Of a stretch of DNA of 32,000 nt, positions 1 to 7,615 are shown one piece after another (the first letter of the stretch is position 1; each line of letters begins with the position of its first letter). Origin of the DNA: Candidatus Saccharimonadota bacterium. GTDB taxonomy: Bacteria; Patescibacteriota; Saccharimonadia; Saccharimonadales; Saccharimonadaceae. The stretch is taken from positions 510,001 through 542,000 of the forward strand of contig JBAQRV010000001.1 in assembly GCA_049296095.1 (NCBI GenBank), given 5' to 3'. The translations under genes were made by a program, and so were the position numbers. The notes beneath the pieces are model-generated. The model saw only the letters and a program-made list of their open reading frames with translations. It was not told the DNA's origin and made no database searches.

Positions 1-1
1 T

Positions 2-238
2 TACTCCCCCGCTTCCGTCGTCATCGCCGGCGGTGTCGCTGCCAATCAAGAACTTCGCCGACAATTATCAGAGCGCTTGCCTCTCTCTATCGAGTACGCC
101 CCAATGAGTCTCTGTACAGATAATGCTGCGATGATCGCAACTCTTGGCTATTTCTACGCTCAAAAGAAAAGGCCAATCTCCCCACTCGATCTCGAGGTTA
201 TCCCTAGCCTTTCGATGACAAAGACAGCCTGGGCTTGA
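2..238 (+). CDS. tsaD: tRNA N6-adenosine threonylcarbamoyltransferase TsaD (Kae1/Gcp family), C-terminal fragment running off the left edge
   Basis: Frame-2 translation [56 protein letters not shown]... carries the conserved GGVAAN and C-x-DNAAMIA C-terminal motifs. Stop TGA at 236-238. Too short and edge-truncated to appear in the ORF track. Confidence 0.8.
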   Translation, partial: YSPASVVIAGGVAANQELRRQLSERLPLSIEYAPMSLCTDNAAMIATLGYFYAQKKRPISPLDLEVIPSLSMTKTAWA

Positions 239-252
239 GCTTAGCCCACCTC

Positions 253-281
253 TTGACATTTGATCGTGGTTATGCTATATT
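253..281 (+). promoter_or_regulatory. Sigma70-type promoter: TTGACA, 17 nt spacer, TGcTATATT
   Basis: TTGACA at 253-258 and TATATT at 276-281 preceded by TG at 273-274. It lies about 40 nt upstream of the 321..734 ORF. Confidence 0.5.
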
Positions 282-320
282 TAAGGCAGAACCTACACTA
301 AACAAACAGGATCATAAACA

Positions 321-734
321 GTGGTAGAAGCACCTCACATGGCACCCGAACAGCATGAATTGAGCAGTCGTAAAAAAGCTATCAATCAAATTATTTATGA
401 TGTTGAGACCGAGAACGCAAACCTCCCCTGGAATGAACAACTTCCCGTCTCTGACCGACGCATTGAGACCAAGCGACGTCTCATTAATCAGTTTGGTGAG
501 CTTATTATCGAACAATTCCGTGTTGGAGAAGGGACCGATCCTGAACTTGACGATGCAATCAAACATGTCAGTAAACTTCTCGATAAATACGAACTAGTAG
601 ACGAATCTACTCAGACAAAGCAAGAAGTCACATCAGCACTAGATGACTTAGCACTAAAAGAACAATCAGAGATCGCTCAGCGTATGATTGCCGATTTCAA
701 AAACAAGAACCACACAGAGACAACCGACGCCTAA
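321..734 (+). CDS. hypothetical acidic, probably helical protein (137 aa; an alternative start is the ATG at 339)
   Basis: Longest ORF in the gap, with a consensus promoter upstream. The antisense ORF 312..566 is shorter and low-complexity. No recognisable motif. Confidence 0.55.
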   Translation: MVEAPHMAPEQHELSSRKKAINQIIYDVETENANLPWNEQLPVSDRRIETKRRLINQFGELIIEQFRVGEGTDPELDDAIKHVSKLLDKYELVDESTQTKQEVTSALDDLALKEQSEIAQRMIADFKNKNHTETTDA

Positions 735-1705
735 CGTCGTAACTTCTGCAAAATAGCCTTAGCCGTTGGTAGCCCTTTACTCCAAAGAGAATAAGTAGGG
801 GACAGCGGCTTATCAAATGTGCCCGCAAAGACAGTTTCTTCTTCGCTCCACCCCTGTTTAAAGACTGAAACACCGCCAACCACGAGGCCACCAAAGTCAT
901 ACTGCGTAATACCCCATTCTTTCACCTTACGGATCGCAAACCACTTGAGGGCGTAGTTAGCTCGCAGACGCTGACCATCCTCATTCATACCCCCGTAGAG
1001 TTCGTATGCCGTGTCGGCACTGATCGCTAACCACAGGAATGCAATCGGCTTGCCCTCTAGGTAGGCGGCAAAAATAGGGGAGTGATCGCCCATCAGATTA
1101 AAGACATCGAGGTAGTACTGATTCTGATGTAAATTAAAGCCCGCCCGCTGCGCTGTTTGATGATAAATGTGCAAACACGCCTCCAGATCCTCCTTAGAGC
1201 GCACCTGGCGGATCGTGATGCCCTCAGCGGCCGATTTACGGATATATTGACGAGTTTTCTTTGCCATTACCGCCAGGAGGTCACTTTCGCTCTTTTGAAG
1301 GTCCAGTAGTATCGTTTCAGCAGACAATACCTTGTTATTCGAGCGCTGCCACCCCTCAGGCTTTTCAAACTCAAAACTATTCGGCTCAATCGAGAGAGCG
1401 ACCGAACGATAGTCGCGTTTTACCATCGCAGCAATTGCATTTAAGAATTCATCCTTATGGCTGTTCTCAACGAGAGGTCCCCGAGGAATATAGGCAAACG
1501 AGCGAAAGGGAAGTGGTAGCTTACGGATTAATACCTGAGCGGCTCCAACAATCTTGTCATCGTCATAAGCAAAGACACGTTCTGCCGTCCAGCCATGCCC
1601 AGCCTTTACCTGACCCCAGCCCCAAAGCTGAAGTGGATGTCCACCGTTCTCTAGTACATACTCATCCCACTGCTCTTTGTCGCTGCACTTTTGAATCTCA
1701 ATCAT
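731..1705 (-). CDS. FemAB-family peptidoglycan interpeptide-bridge aminoacyltransferase (FemX/MurM-like)
   Basis: MIEIQKCSDKEQWDEYV...HPLQLWGWGQVK..GW...FAYIPRGP is the typical FemAB N-terminal pattern, and the length fits the two-lobed GNAT-like family. The ORF track starts at a TTG (1720). I prefer the ATG at 1705, which sits 6 nt after a minus-strand TATAAT (1712-1717). Confidence 0.8.
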   Translation of the reverse strand: MIEIQKCSDKEQWDEYVLENGGHPLQLWGWGQVKAGHGWTAERVFAYDDDKIVGAAQVLIRKLPLPFRSFAYIPRGPLVENSHKDEFLNAIAAMVKRDYRSVALSIEPNSFEFEKPEGWQRSNNKVLSAETILLDLQKSESDLLAVMAKKTRQYIRKSAAEGITIRQVRSKEDLEACLHIYHQTAQRAGFNLHQNQYYLDVFNLMGDHSPIFAAYLEGKPIAFLWLAISADTAYELYGGMNEDGQRLRANYALKWFAIRKVKEWGITQYDFGGLVVGGVSVFKQGWSEEETVFAGTFDKPLSPTYSLWSKGLPTAKAILQKLRR

Positions 1706-1729
1706 ACCCCCATTATACAACGGGGGTTA

Positions 1730-1738
1730 TGCTATAAT
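1730..1738 (+). promoter_or_regulatory. Extended -10 promoter element TGcTATAAT upstream of valS
   Basis: Exact TGnTATAAT at 1730-1738, with a weak -35. The same GGTTATGCTATA string occurs at 267-278. Confidence 0.4.
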
Positions 1739-1813
1739 ACAAAACAAGAATAAAAGCGTGAATTATTACAAAATTATTAAATATTTCACGTGCATTAACG
1801 CAGAGACTTTCGT

Positions 1814-4363
1814 GTGAAACTAGCTAAAGCTTACGATCCTAATCAGTACGAACCAAACATCTACGCTCTATGGGAACAGAGTGGCGCTTTCAAGCCATCT
1901 GGAGAGGGCGAGCCTTTCAGTACGGTTATGCCACCGCCAAATGCAAATGGAAATCTCCATATTGGCCATGGGCTTGATGCTGCAATTAAAGACATCGTTG
2001 TACGTTACAAGCGAATGAAAAGTTTCGATACCATCTATATCCCCGGTGCTGACCACGCCGGCTTTGAGACCTGGGTCGTCTACGAAAAAGAGTTACAGAA
2101 AAAAGGCCTCAATCGCTTCGATTTCAGCCGAGAGCAGCTCTACACTCAGGTCTGGGATTTTGTTGAAAAGCAACGCGGCAACATGGAGCTTCAGCTCAGA
2201 GCACTGGGTGTCAGCGCCGACTGGGAACATCTCGTCTTTACCCTTGATCAAAAGGTGGTTAAGACCGTCTATCAAACCTTCAAAAAGCTTTGGGACGAAG
2301 GCCTCATTTACAGAGGTGAGCGTATCGTTAACTACAGCACAAAGTATCAAACAAGTTACGCAGATATCGAAGTTGACCACCGACTCGAAAAAGGAACTTT
2401 GTGGCACATTGCCTACCCATTGCTCGATAAGATTGGCGAGATTGTCATCGCGACCTCACGACCCGAAACACTCTTCGGTGATGTCGCTGTCGCCGTTCAT
2501 CCAGACGATCCTCGTTACAAAGACCTTATCGGTTCACGCGTCCAACTTCCCCTAACCGACAGAGAAATCACCATCATCGCCGATGACTATGTTGATCCAA
2601 CCTTCGGAACCGGCGCCGTCAAGATTACGCCTGCGCACGATCCAAACGATTTCGAAGTGGGGAAGCGTCACAATCTTACCCCTATCCAGGTGATCGACTT
2701 TGATGGCACGATGATAAACGTCCCCTCACAATTTATGGGACTTGAGGTAGATACCGCTCGTAAACGAACATTAGCCGCCCTCCAAGCCGAAGAGCTCATC
2801 CGCAAAGAAGAGCCCTACGAACACACTGTCGGCTATGACTACAAGAGTGGCCTGCCAATTCAACCCCTCATCAAAGACCAGTGGTTCCTCAAGATTGAGC
2901 CGCTCGCCAAGAAAGCTCTAGAAGCAATCGAAAACGATGAGATTACTTTCTATCCGGCTAGCAAAAAGAATATTCTTATCCAGTATCTGAAATCTGTCCA
3001 TGATTGGAACCTCTCACGTCAGATCCCATGGGGTATTCCGATCCCAGCCTTTCAAAATGTGAGTGATCCGAGCGATTGGATCTTCGACGAAAGAGTAGAC
3101 GAGAAGAGTATTGTTGTAAATGGTGCAACATATACACGCGAGGAAGACACCTTTGATACCTGGTTTAGTAGTGGTCAGTGGCCATTCATTACGACCGACG
3201 CGCTCGAAGGTGGTGACCTGTCACGCTTTTATCCAACCAGTCTCATGGAAACAGGGACCGACCTTCTCGACCGATGGATCGCCCGTATGATCATGCTCGG
3301 CCTCTACACAACGGGGAAGATTCCTTTCAAGGACGTCTACCTACACGGTATGGTCCTTGATGAGCACAGCCAAAAAATGAGCAAGAGCAAAGGCAACGTT
3401 ATCAACCCTATGGACTCAATCGCCGAATATGGCTCTGACGCGCTTCGTCTCGGCTTGATTACTAGTCGCAGTCCAGGCCAAAACCAAGCCTTCAGCACCG
3501 ATCGAATCGTGGCTGGGCGCAACTTCTGCAATAAACTCTGGAACATCGCCCGCTTTGCCGAGCACAAACTAGGGGACAACTTCCAGCCGCAAGCACCTGT
3601 TGCTACCTCATTAGCCGATCACTGGATTATCAGTGAACTCTCTACCGCAAAGGACACAATAGCTAAAGCTATCGAAGGCTACCGCTTGTCCGAGGCCAAT
3701 GAAACCCTCTACCACGCCATCTGGGACAGCGTCGCCGACTGGTATATCGAGGCATCAAAGGACCAAGATAACCCCGACCTCCTTGCTTGGGTGCTCGACA
3801 CCAGCTTAAAGCTGGCCCATCCTTTCGCCCCATTCGTCACCGAGACGATCTGGCAGACACTACCATGGCATGACGGGCTCCTGATTAACGAACAGTGGCC
3901 AGAGATGATCGCCTTTGACGAGATCGCCGCCGGTGAGTTCTCGCGCGTCCAGCAATTGGTGAATGAGGCCCGCTTTGTTATCACCGCTTTGCCTGGAAAT
4001 GAAAAATACAGCCTCCTCTACCGTGCTGATGCCCTGATTGAGGACAACAAAAGCCTCATCAAGCGTCTCGCCAAACTCAAAGATATTACGCTCATCGATC
4101 AAGCCAAGGGTCTCAAACTTGCCACCAGTGGTCGTGAAGCCTGGCTTGATGTCTCCGAGGAAACGCTCAGTGAACACCAATCGAACCTCGAAGCCCGACT
4201 AGCAATTGCTCACGCTGATATCAAAGCCCTCGAAGCCCGTCTAGCTAACAAGAGCTACGTCGAAAAAGCGCCAGCTGTCCTCGTCGAAGAGACTCAAAAA
4301 CAACTGGTAGAAAAACAAGCCCTGGCGACAAGGCTTGTCTCAGAACTCGAAATTTTACACTAA
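1814..4363 (+). CDS. valS: valine--tRNA ligase
   Basis: 849 aa with a GTG start. HIGH-type motif NLHIGH, KMSKS motif, an editing-domain-sized insert and a C-terminal coiled coil. Confidence 0.97.
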   Translation: MKLAKAYDPNQYEPNIYALWEQSGAFKPSGEGEPFSTVMPPPNANGNLHIGHGLDAAIKDIVVRYKRMKSFDTIYIPGADHAGFETWVVYEKELQKKGLNRFDFSREQLYTQVWDFVEKQRGNMELQLRALGVSADWEHLVFTLDQKVVKTVYQTFKKLWDEGLIYRGERIVNYSTKYQTSYADIEVDHRLEKGTLWHIAYPLLDKIGEIVIATSRPETLFGDVAVAVHPDDPRYKDLIGSRVQLPLTDREITIIADDYVDPTFGTGAVKITPAHDPNDFEVGKRHNLTPIQVIDFDGTMINVPSQFMGLEVDTARKRTLAALQAEELIRKEEPYEHTVGYDYKSGLPIQPLIKDQWFLKIEPLAKKALEAIENDEITFYPASKKNILIQYLKSVHDWNLSRQIPWGIPIPAFQNVSDPSDWIFDERVDEKSIVVNGATYTREEDTFDTWFSSGQWPFITTDALEGGDLSRFYPTSLMETGTDLLDRWIARMIMLGLYTTGKIPFKDVYLHGMVLDEHSQKMSKSKGNVINPMDSIAEYGSDALRLGLITSRSPGQNQAFSTDRIVAGRNFCNKLWNIARFAEHKLGDNFQPQAPVATSLADHWIISELSTAKDTIAKAIEGYRLSEANETLYHAIWDSVADWYIEASKDQDNPDLLAWVLDTSLKLAHPFAPFVTETIWQTLPWHDGLLINEQWPEMIAFDEIAAGEFSRVQQLVNEARFVITALPGNEKYSLLYRADALIEDNKSLIKRLAKLKDITLIDQAKGLKLATSGREAWLDVSEETLSEHQSNLEARLAIAHADIKALEARLANKSYVEKAPAVLVEETQKQLVEKQALATRLVSELEILH

Positions 4364-4686
4364 ACCGACGGCCACAAATAGCTCGAACCAGCCGTTCCTA
4401 AATACACCTTCTTTGACTGAATATAACGACGATCATCATCACGTGGTTGCACACGAGGAACAGTCGATCGCAAGGTCGCCAGTGTATTTGGCCCATGCAC
4501 ACGCTCAACGTGGACGTGGCTTTCGCCAGACTTAAGAACTGAGTCAATCGCGGCAAAACTAGCAAAAGACACCGGAACAACCGCAGCCAAAGCGGCGCGG
4601 TCTAACTGGGTATCATGCACCAAGACACCAAAGGTGGTGGTGACAGTGAATAGTAGGGCGAGGGGGTTAATAATAATTGGAAACAT
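4360..4686 (-). CDS. hypothetical small protein (108 aa), coding status uncertain
   Basis: Longest of three similar-sized ORFs in the 380-nt valS-rlmH gap, and the one starting closest downstream of a near-consensus minus-strand promoter at 4713-4741. No clear Shine-Dalgarno and no recognisable motif. Confidence 0.35.
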   Translation of the reverse strand: MFPIIINPLALLFTVTTTFGVLVHDTQLDRAALAAVVPVSFASFAAIDSVLKSGESHVHVERVHGPNTLATLRSTVPRVQPRDDDRRYIQSKKVYLGTAGSSYLWPSV

Positions 4687-4712
4687 GTTTGTTTTATTCG
4701 CTTACAGATTGA

Positions 4713-4741
4713 ATTGTAGCATAAGCTTGATGTTTTGTCAA
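4713..4741 (-). promoter_or_regulatory. Near-consensus sigma70 promoter on the minus strand: TTGACA, 17 nt spacer, TGcTACAAT
   Basis: The reverse complement of 4736-4741 is TTGACA. The reverse complement of 4713-4721 is TGCTACAAT. The spacer is exactly 17 nt. Confidence 0.55.
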
Positions 4742-4744
4742 TTA

Positions 4745-5203
4745 CTATTCGTGGTGGTAAGAGCCGCCAACCGCGATCTGCTGAACCCTGTATAGCTGCT
4801 CGATTAAGATAAGCCTTACCAACTGATGTGGGAATACGAGAGGCGACAAAGACCAAACCAGATCAGCCCTGGTTCGTAACTCATCCGTTACTCCATACGC
4901 ACCCCCGATAACGATGGCTATCTTCTCGGACCGATCCAGCCGACCTTTCAATAACTCCGAAAGGGTAGGTGAATCAAAGCTTTTCCCTCGTTCATCCAGT
5001 AAGATAATGTAATCATAAGCATCAAGCCGTGAAAGGAGCCGTTCTGACTCTTCCTGGCGCGCTCTGACGCCCTCGAGGCTCGAATGTGCCATCAATACCC
5101 ATTCGGTGAGAAATGGGCTTTTCAGGCGCTTCTGGTAGCGTTCGATTCCCCCAGCGACCCAGTCTTCGTGTTTTTTACCAATTGCAAAGACGGTGAGTGA
5201 CAT
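4745..5203 (-). CDS. rlmH: 23S rRNA (pseudouridine1915-N3)-methyltransferase RlmH (SPOUT family)
   Basis: 152 aa. IAIVIGGAYGV...LSLS.LVFPHQLVRLILIEQLYR matches the RlmH C-terminal knot region. Confidence 0.9.
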   Translation of the reverse strand: MSLTVFAIGKKHEDWVAGGIERYQKRLKSPFLTEWVLMAHSSLEGVRARQEESERLLSRLDAYDYIILLDERGKSFDSPTLSELLKGRLDRSEKIAIVIGGAYGVTDELRTRADLVWSLSPLVFPHQLVRLILIEQLYRVQQIAVGGSYHHE

Positions 5204-5598
5204 CAGAACTTCAGTTTCTCGGCCATAGCTGCCAGTGCCGCGTGATCTGGTTCGGCTTCTGCATCCTTTGGGCCGCGATTATATTCTCCTGACCTATTAA
5301 ACGGAATGAGATGGATATGAGCATGGGGCACATCGGTACCGACCACCTTCTCGCCAACATACGAAACTGGAAGTACCTCACGTAGATGAAGGGCAATCTT
5401 TCGAACGGCCATGGTCAGCTTTTGATAATCTTCGGCCTCCAGGTCCCAGATAAATTCAACCTGCTTTTTCGGAACAACAAGGGTGTGCCCGGGGACGATT
5501 GGGTGAATGTCGAGAAAGGCGAGAACATCCTCATCTTCATAAATCTTATGAGCCGGGATCTCCCCTTTAATAATCTTTGTAAAAATCGAATCTTCCAT
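5203..5598 (-). CDS. HIT-family (histidine triad) nucleotide hydrolase
   Basis: SIFTKIIKGEIPA..IYEDE..LAFLDI.P..PGHTLVVPK plus the HAHIHLIP histidine-triad motif. The start is taken at MEDSIF (5598), because the longer ORF-track start at 5625 overlaps the divergent promoter. Confidence 0.9.
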   Translation of the reverse strand: MEDSIFTKIIKGEIPAHKIYEDEDVLAFLDIHPIVPGHTLVVPKKQVEFIWDLEAEDYQKLTMAVRKIALHLREVLPVSYVGEKVVGTDVPHAHIHLIPFNRSGEYNRGPKDAEAEPDHAALAAMAEKLKF

Positions 5599-5606
5599 GC
5601 CCTCTA

Positions 5607-5634
5607 TTGTAACGTACCAAAGCAATGCTATACT
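5607..5634 (+). promoter_or_regulatory. Promoter: TTGTAA, 16 nt spacer, TGcTATACT
   Basis: TTGTAA at 5607-5612 and TGCTATACT at 5626-5634. The AAGGAG ribosome-binding site and the ATG at 5663 lie downstream. Confidence 0.45.
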
Positions 5635-5662
5635 GGCCTCAAGAATTTAATAAGGAGTTACC

Positions 5663-5950
5663 ATGGCTCAAACCCAACCAACCCCCGCACCAACTGATAG
5701 TCAAGCCTTCGGCGTGACATCACTCGTCACCGGTATTCTCAGCCTAGTACTAGTCTGGGTTCCTGTTATCAACTTTATTCTCAGTGTCGTTGCAGTTATC
5801 TTCGGCATCTTAGGCATTCGCAAGCCAGCTAGCAAGGGTATGTCAATCGCTGGACTCGCCACAGGTGGTGTCGCACTCATTATCACCTTTGTTATGGGTC
5901 TCTTTTGGATTATTGTCTTCCTCAGCGCTGCAAGCACCTCGACCTACTAG
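5663..5950 (+). CDS. small membrane protein, DUF4190-like
   Basis: 95 aa with two or three hydrophobic helices. The core GMSIAGLATGG is shared with the N-terminus of the 6181..6966 product. Good ribosome-binding site. Confidence 0.75.
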   Translation: MAQTQPTPAPTDSQAFGVTSLVTGILSLVLVWVPVINFILSVVAVIFGILGIRKPASKGMSIAGLATGGVALIITFVMGLFWIIVFLSAASTSTY

Positions 5951-5970
5951 TATCTGAATAAAAAATAAAC

Positions 5971-5997
5971 ACCGCTCCAAAGGGGCGGTATTTATTT
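5971..5997 (+). terminator. Rho-independent terminator
   Basis: 8-bp stem ACCGCTCC/GGGGCGGT containing one G-U pair, a 3-nt loop, then ATTTATTTT. Confidence 0.6.
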
Positions 5998-6085
5998 TGG
6001 CGGAGAGGGAGGGATTCGAACCCTCGGAACCTTGCGGCTCACCGCTTTTCGAGAGCGGCCAGTTCAACCACTCCTGCACCTCTCC
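5998..6085 (-). tRNA. tRNA-Ser(CGA), class II, CCA encoded
   Basis: The reverse complement is GGAGAGGTGCAGGAGTGGTTGAACTGGCCGCTCTCGAAAAGCGG...GAGGGTTCGAATCCCTCCCTCTCCGCCA. The anticodon loop is CTCGAAA, and a long variable arm and GTTCGAATC T-loop are present. Confidence 0.9.
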
Positions 6086-6180
6086 AATTATCCTATTGTA
6101 ACAGATGAGAAGAAGATAAAGATTGGGCTAGAAATAACCAAAAGGAGTATACTCAAAATATCAAAATAGGAGGAAGTTCT

Positions 6181-6966
6181 ATGGCCGAAACAAAGCCAAC
6201 CACAAAGAAGCCAGTTACAGCGGCACCACAACAACCAAATGGACTAGCGATTGCCGCGCTCGTCGTGGGTATCATTGCAATTTTAAGTGGCTGGGTGCCG
6301 TTCTGGGGATTCCTTGCGGGAGCAGCAGCTGTTGTCTTAGGAATTATTGCGCTCAAGAAATCCGCGAATATGAAAGGGATGTCGATTGCCGGTATCATTA
6401 CCGGTGGAGTCGGTGCCCTGTGGAGCCTAGTTATCACCATCTTCTTCTTCCTCGCATTCTTGACAATAGGTATTGGGGGGAGTGCCCTCAACGAAGCGGT
6501 GAATGAAGCCAATAGCTCGCTCGCTCAATACAACGAAGAAACCAAGGCCTTAATCAATGCCAAGAAGACCTTTTCAAAGGGTGAAACAGCCGTATTTGGC
6601 AAGTTTGAAGTAAAGATCAACTCAGTACAACGTAACTACACCCCGGAGGAAAGCTACTTAACCCCTGAAGACGGCAAGGAGTACATCGTGCTAAATATTA
6701 CTGTCACAAATAAGGGTTCGGAATCTGAGTACATCAGTAGTTACGACTACAAGATTAACGATGATGGACTCGCTAGCTCTGCATCATTCTTTGACGTCGC
6801 ACCAGCCTTCGAATCAGGCGACCTGTCACCAGGCGCCTCTCAGACCGGAAACATCATGTATGAAGTAACGAAGGGTTCAGACAAGCTCAAACTACAGTAT
6901 GAGACTAGCGCATACGATTTGAACAATTCTGACTTTAAGGAATTGACGTTTACACTCGATATTTAG
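6181..6966 (+). CDS. membrane protein with an N-terminal DUF4190-like module and a C-terminal DUF4352-like beta-sandwich domain
   Basis: 261 aa with ribosome-binding site AGGAGG. The N-terminus is paralogous to 5663..5950. The C-terminal F.V.I..V......GKEYIVLNITVTNKG pattern is typical of DUF4352. Confidence 0.8.
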   Translation: MAETKPTTKKPVTAAPQQPNGLAIAALVVGIIAILSGWVPFWGFLAGAAAVVLGIIALKKSANMKGMSIAGIITGGVGALWSLVITIFFFLAFLTIGIGGSALNEAVNEANSSLAQYNEETKALINAKKTFSKGETAVFGKFEVKINSVQRNYTPEESYLTPEDGKEYIVLNITVTNKGSESEYISSYDYKINDDGLASSASFFDVAPAFESGDLSPGASQTGNIMYEVTKGSDKLKLQYETSAYDLNNSDFKELTFTLDI

Positions 6967-6971
6967 GTTTG

Positions 6972-7015
6972 ATAATTTTGTACAGCGTAGTAGAGGAAGT
7001 CAGAACAATACTAAC
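6972..7015. repeat. Repeat B copy 1: diverged tRNA-3'-half-like sequence
   Basis: ATAATTTTGTACAGCGTAGTAGAGGAAGTCAGAACAATACTAA aligns with 7485-7532. The core GTACAGCGTAGTnnAGGAAGTCAGAACAAT is 30/32 identical. Confidence 0.7.
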
Positions 7016-7024
7016 CCAATAAAA

Positions 7025-7062
7025 GCAAACGAGCTCCACGATTCAACGCAGAGCTCGTTTGC
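7025..7062 (-). terminator. Rho-independent terminator of the RHH gene
   Basis: Perfect 12-bp stem GCAAACGAGCTC/GAGCTCGTTTGC, followed on the minus strand by TTTTATT. Confidence 0.65.
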
Positions 7063-7088
7063 TCGATGCGTTTCGTGGAGCATGAGGC

Positions 7089-7316
7089 TCAGATCGCACG
7101 CGGCTGGCCCGCAGTCTCCATGAGGAGCTGGATGGACTCGCCGGTGTTCAGATCACGAACCATAATGACGTCTCCTGCGGCCTGACGGTCCGACAGGTAC
7201 TTCATCAGCAGTACCGCTCGACGAATGGTCTCTGCGCGGGTGATCCGACGACGACGCGCGAGTCCGTTGAGGATGCGCTTCATCTGACGACTCACCCACA
7301 GATGCATGATGATCAT
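7089..7316 (-). CDS. ribbon-helix-helix (CopG/MetJ-like) protein, possibly an orphan antitoxin or small repressor
   Basis: 75 aa: MIIMHLWVSRQMKRILNGLARRRRITRAETIRRAVLLMKYL..., which reads as beta-strand, helix (..RITRAE.IRRAV..), helix. The region is about 59% GC by hand count, clearly above its flanks. The first 40 aa of the ORF-track version (to 7436) overlap a repeat block and are rejected. Confidence 0.6.
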   Translation of the reverse strand: MIIMHLWVSRQMKRILNGLARRRRITRAETIRRAVLLMKYLSDRQAAGDVIMVRDLNTGESIQLLMETAGQPRAI

Positions 7317-7390
7317 ATTAAGCCCTTCACACCTCGGGAGGATAGGTATTATCCAGACAGCCAAGGCCATAGACTTATTAAACAAATAAT

Positions 7391-7532
7391 TGCCCGTTAG
7401 AGCAAGCACAAGAGGTAATTGTCCAAATCCCATCAACCCTCAATCAAAAACAAAAACGACCTCCTATCACAGAGGTCGCTTCGACATAATTTCTTGGTAC
7501 AGCGTAGTGCAGGAAGTCAGAACAATTTTAGT
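7391..7532. repeat. Repeat unit copy 1, consisting of a tRNA-like 3' part, a terminator hairpin and a pseudo tRNA 3' half
   Basis: 7391-7501 aligns with 9362-9466. The right half ACCTCCT..CAGAGGTCG.TT.GACATAATTTCTTGGTACA is nearly identical and the left half is roughly 70%. 7485-7532 aligns with 6972-7015. Confidence 0.75.
7445..7478 (-). terminator. Duplicated copy of the tRNA-Arg downstream terminator
   Basis: Stem CGACCTC/GAGGTCG at 7457-7463 and 7472-7478, followed on the minus strand by TTTTTGTTTTTG. Confidence 0.5.
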
Positions 7533-7551
7533 CGAGTAGGAGTAGTCCGTA

Positions 7552-7580
7552 TTGACTTTTATGCACATATATGATAATGT
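7552..7580 (+). promoter_or_regulatory. Candidate promoter: TTGACT, 17 nt spacer, TGaTAATGT
   Basis: TTGACT at 7552-7557 and TG at 7572-7573. The 13-nt string GTATTGACTTTTA is shared with the promoter at 14541-14553. Confidence 0.4.
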
Positions 7581-7615
7581 TTCCCTATACTTATAAACAT
7601 TGCATAGAAGCATAA

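Noticed and set aside
1261-1737. 158-aa plus-strand ORF
   Set aside because: It is antisense to the well-supported FemAB-family gene, and its Pro/Ser/Gln-rich composition is typical of shadow ORFs.
1739-1813. T-box riboswitch or attenuator upstream of valS, with an imperfect CGTGAA...TTCACG inverted repeat at 1757-1790
   Set aside because: The leader is only about 75 nt, too short for a T-box, and no specifier or T-box motif is visible. The AT-rich imperfect palindrome could be an operator but is not supported further.
4364-4744. RNase P RNA, tmRNA or SRP RNA in the valS-rlmH gap
   Set aside because: No conserved core motifs were seen by eye on either strand (for example GAGGAAAGTCC, or a tRNA-like 3' end with CCA). 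The question is left open in the finding above.
6153-6512. 119-aa minus-strand ORF
   Set aside because: It is antisense to the DUF4190/DUF4352 gene, which has a strong ribosome-binding site and a paralog.
7317-7436. N-terminal 40 aa of ORF 7089..7436 (MMGFGQLPLVLALTG...)
   Set aside because: This part lies in the lower-GC repeat block that is duplicated at 9362-9412 (tRNA-like 3' part), and composition changes sharply at about 7316. The RHH fold starts at the internal Met.
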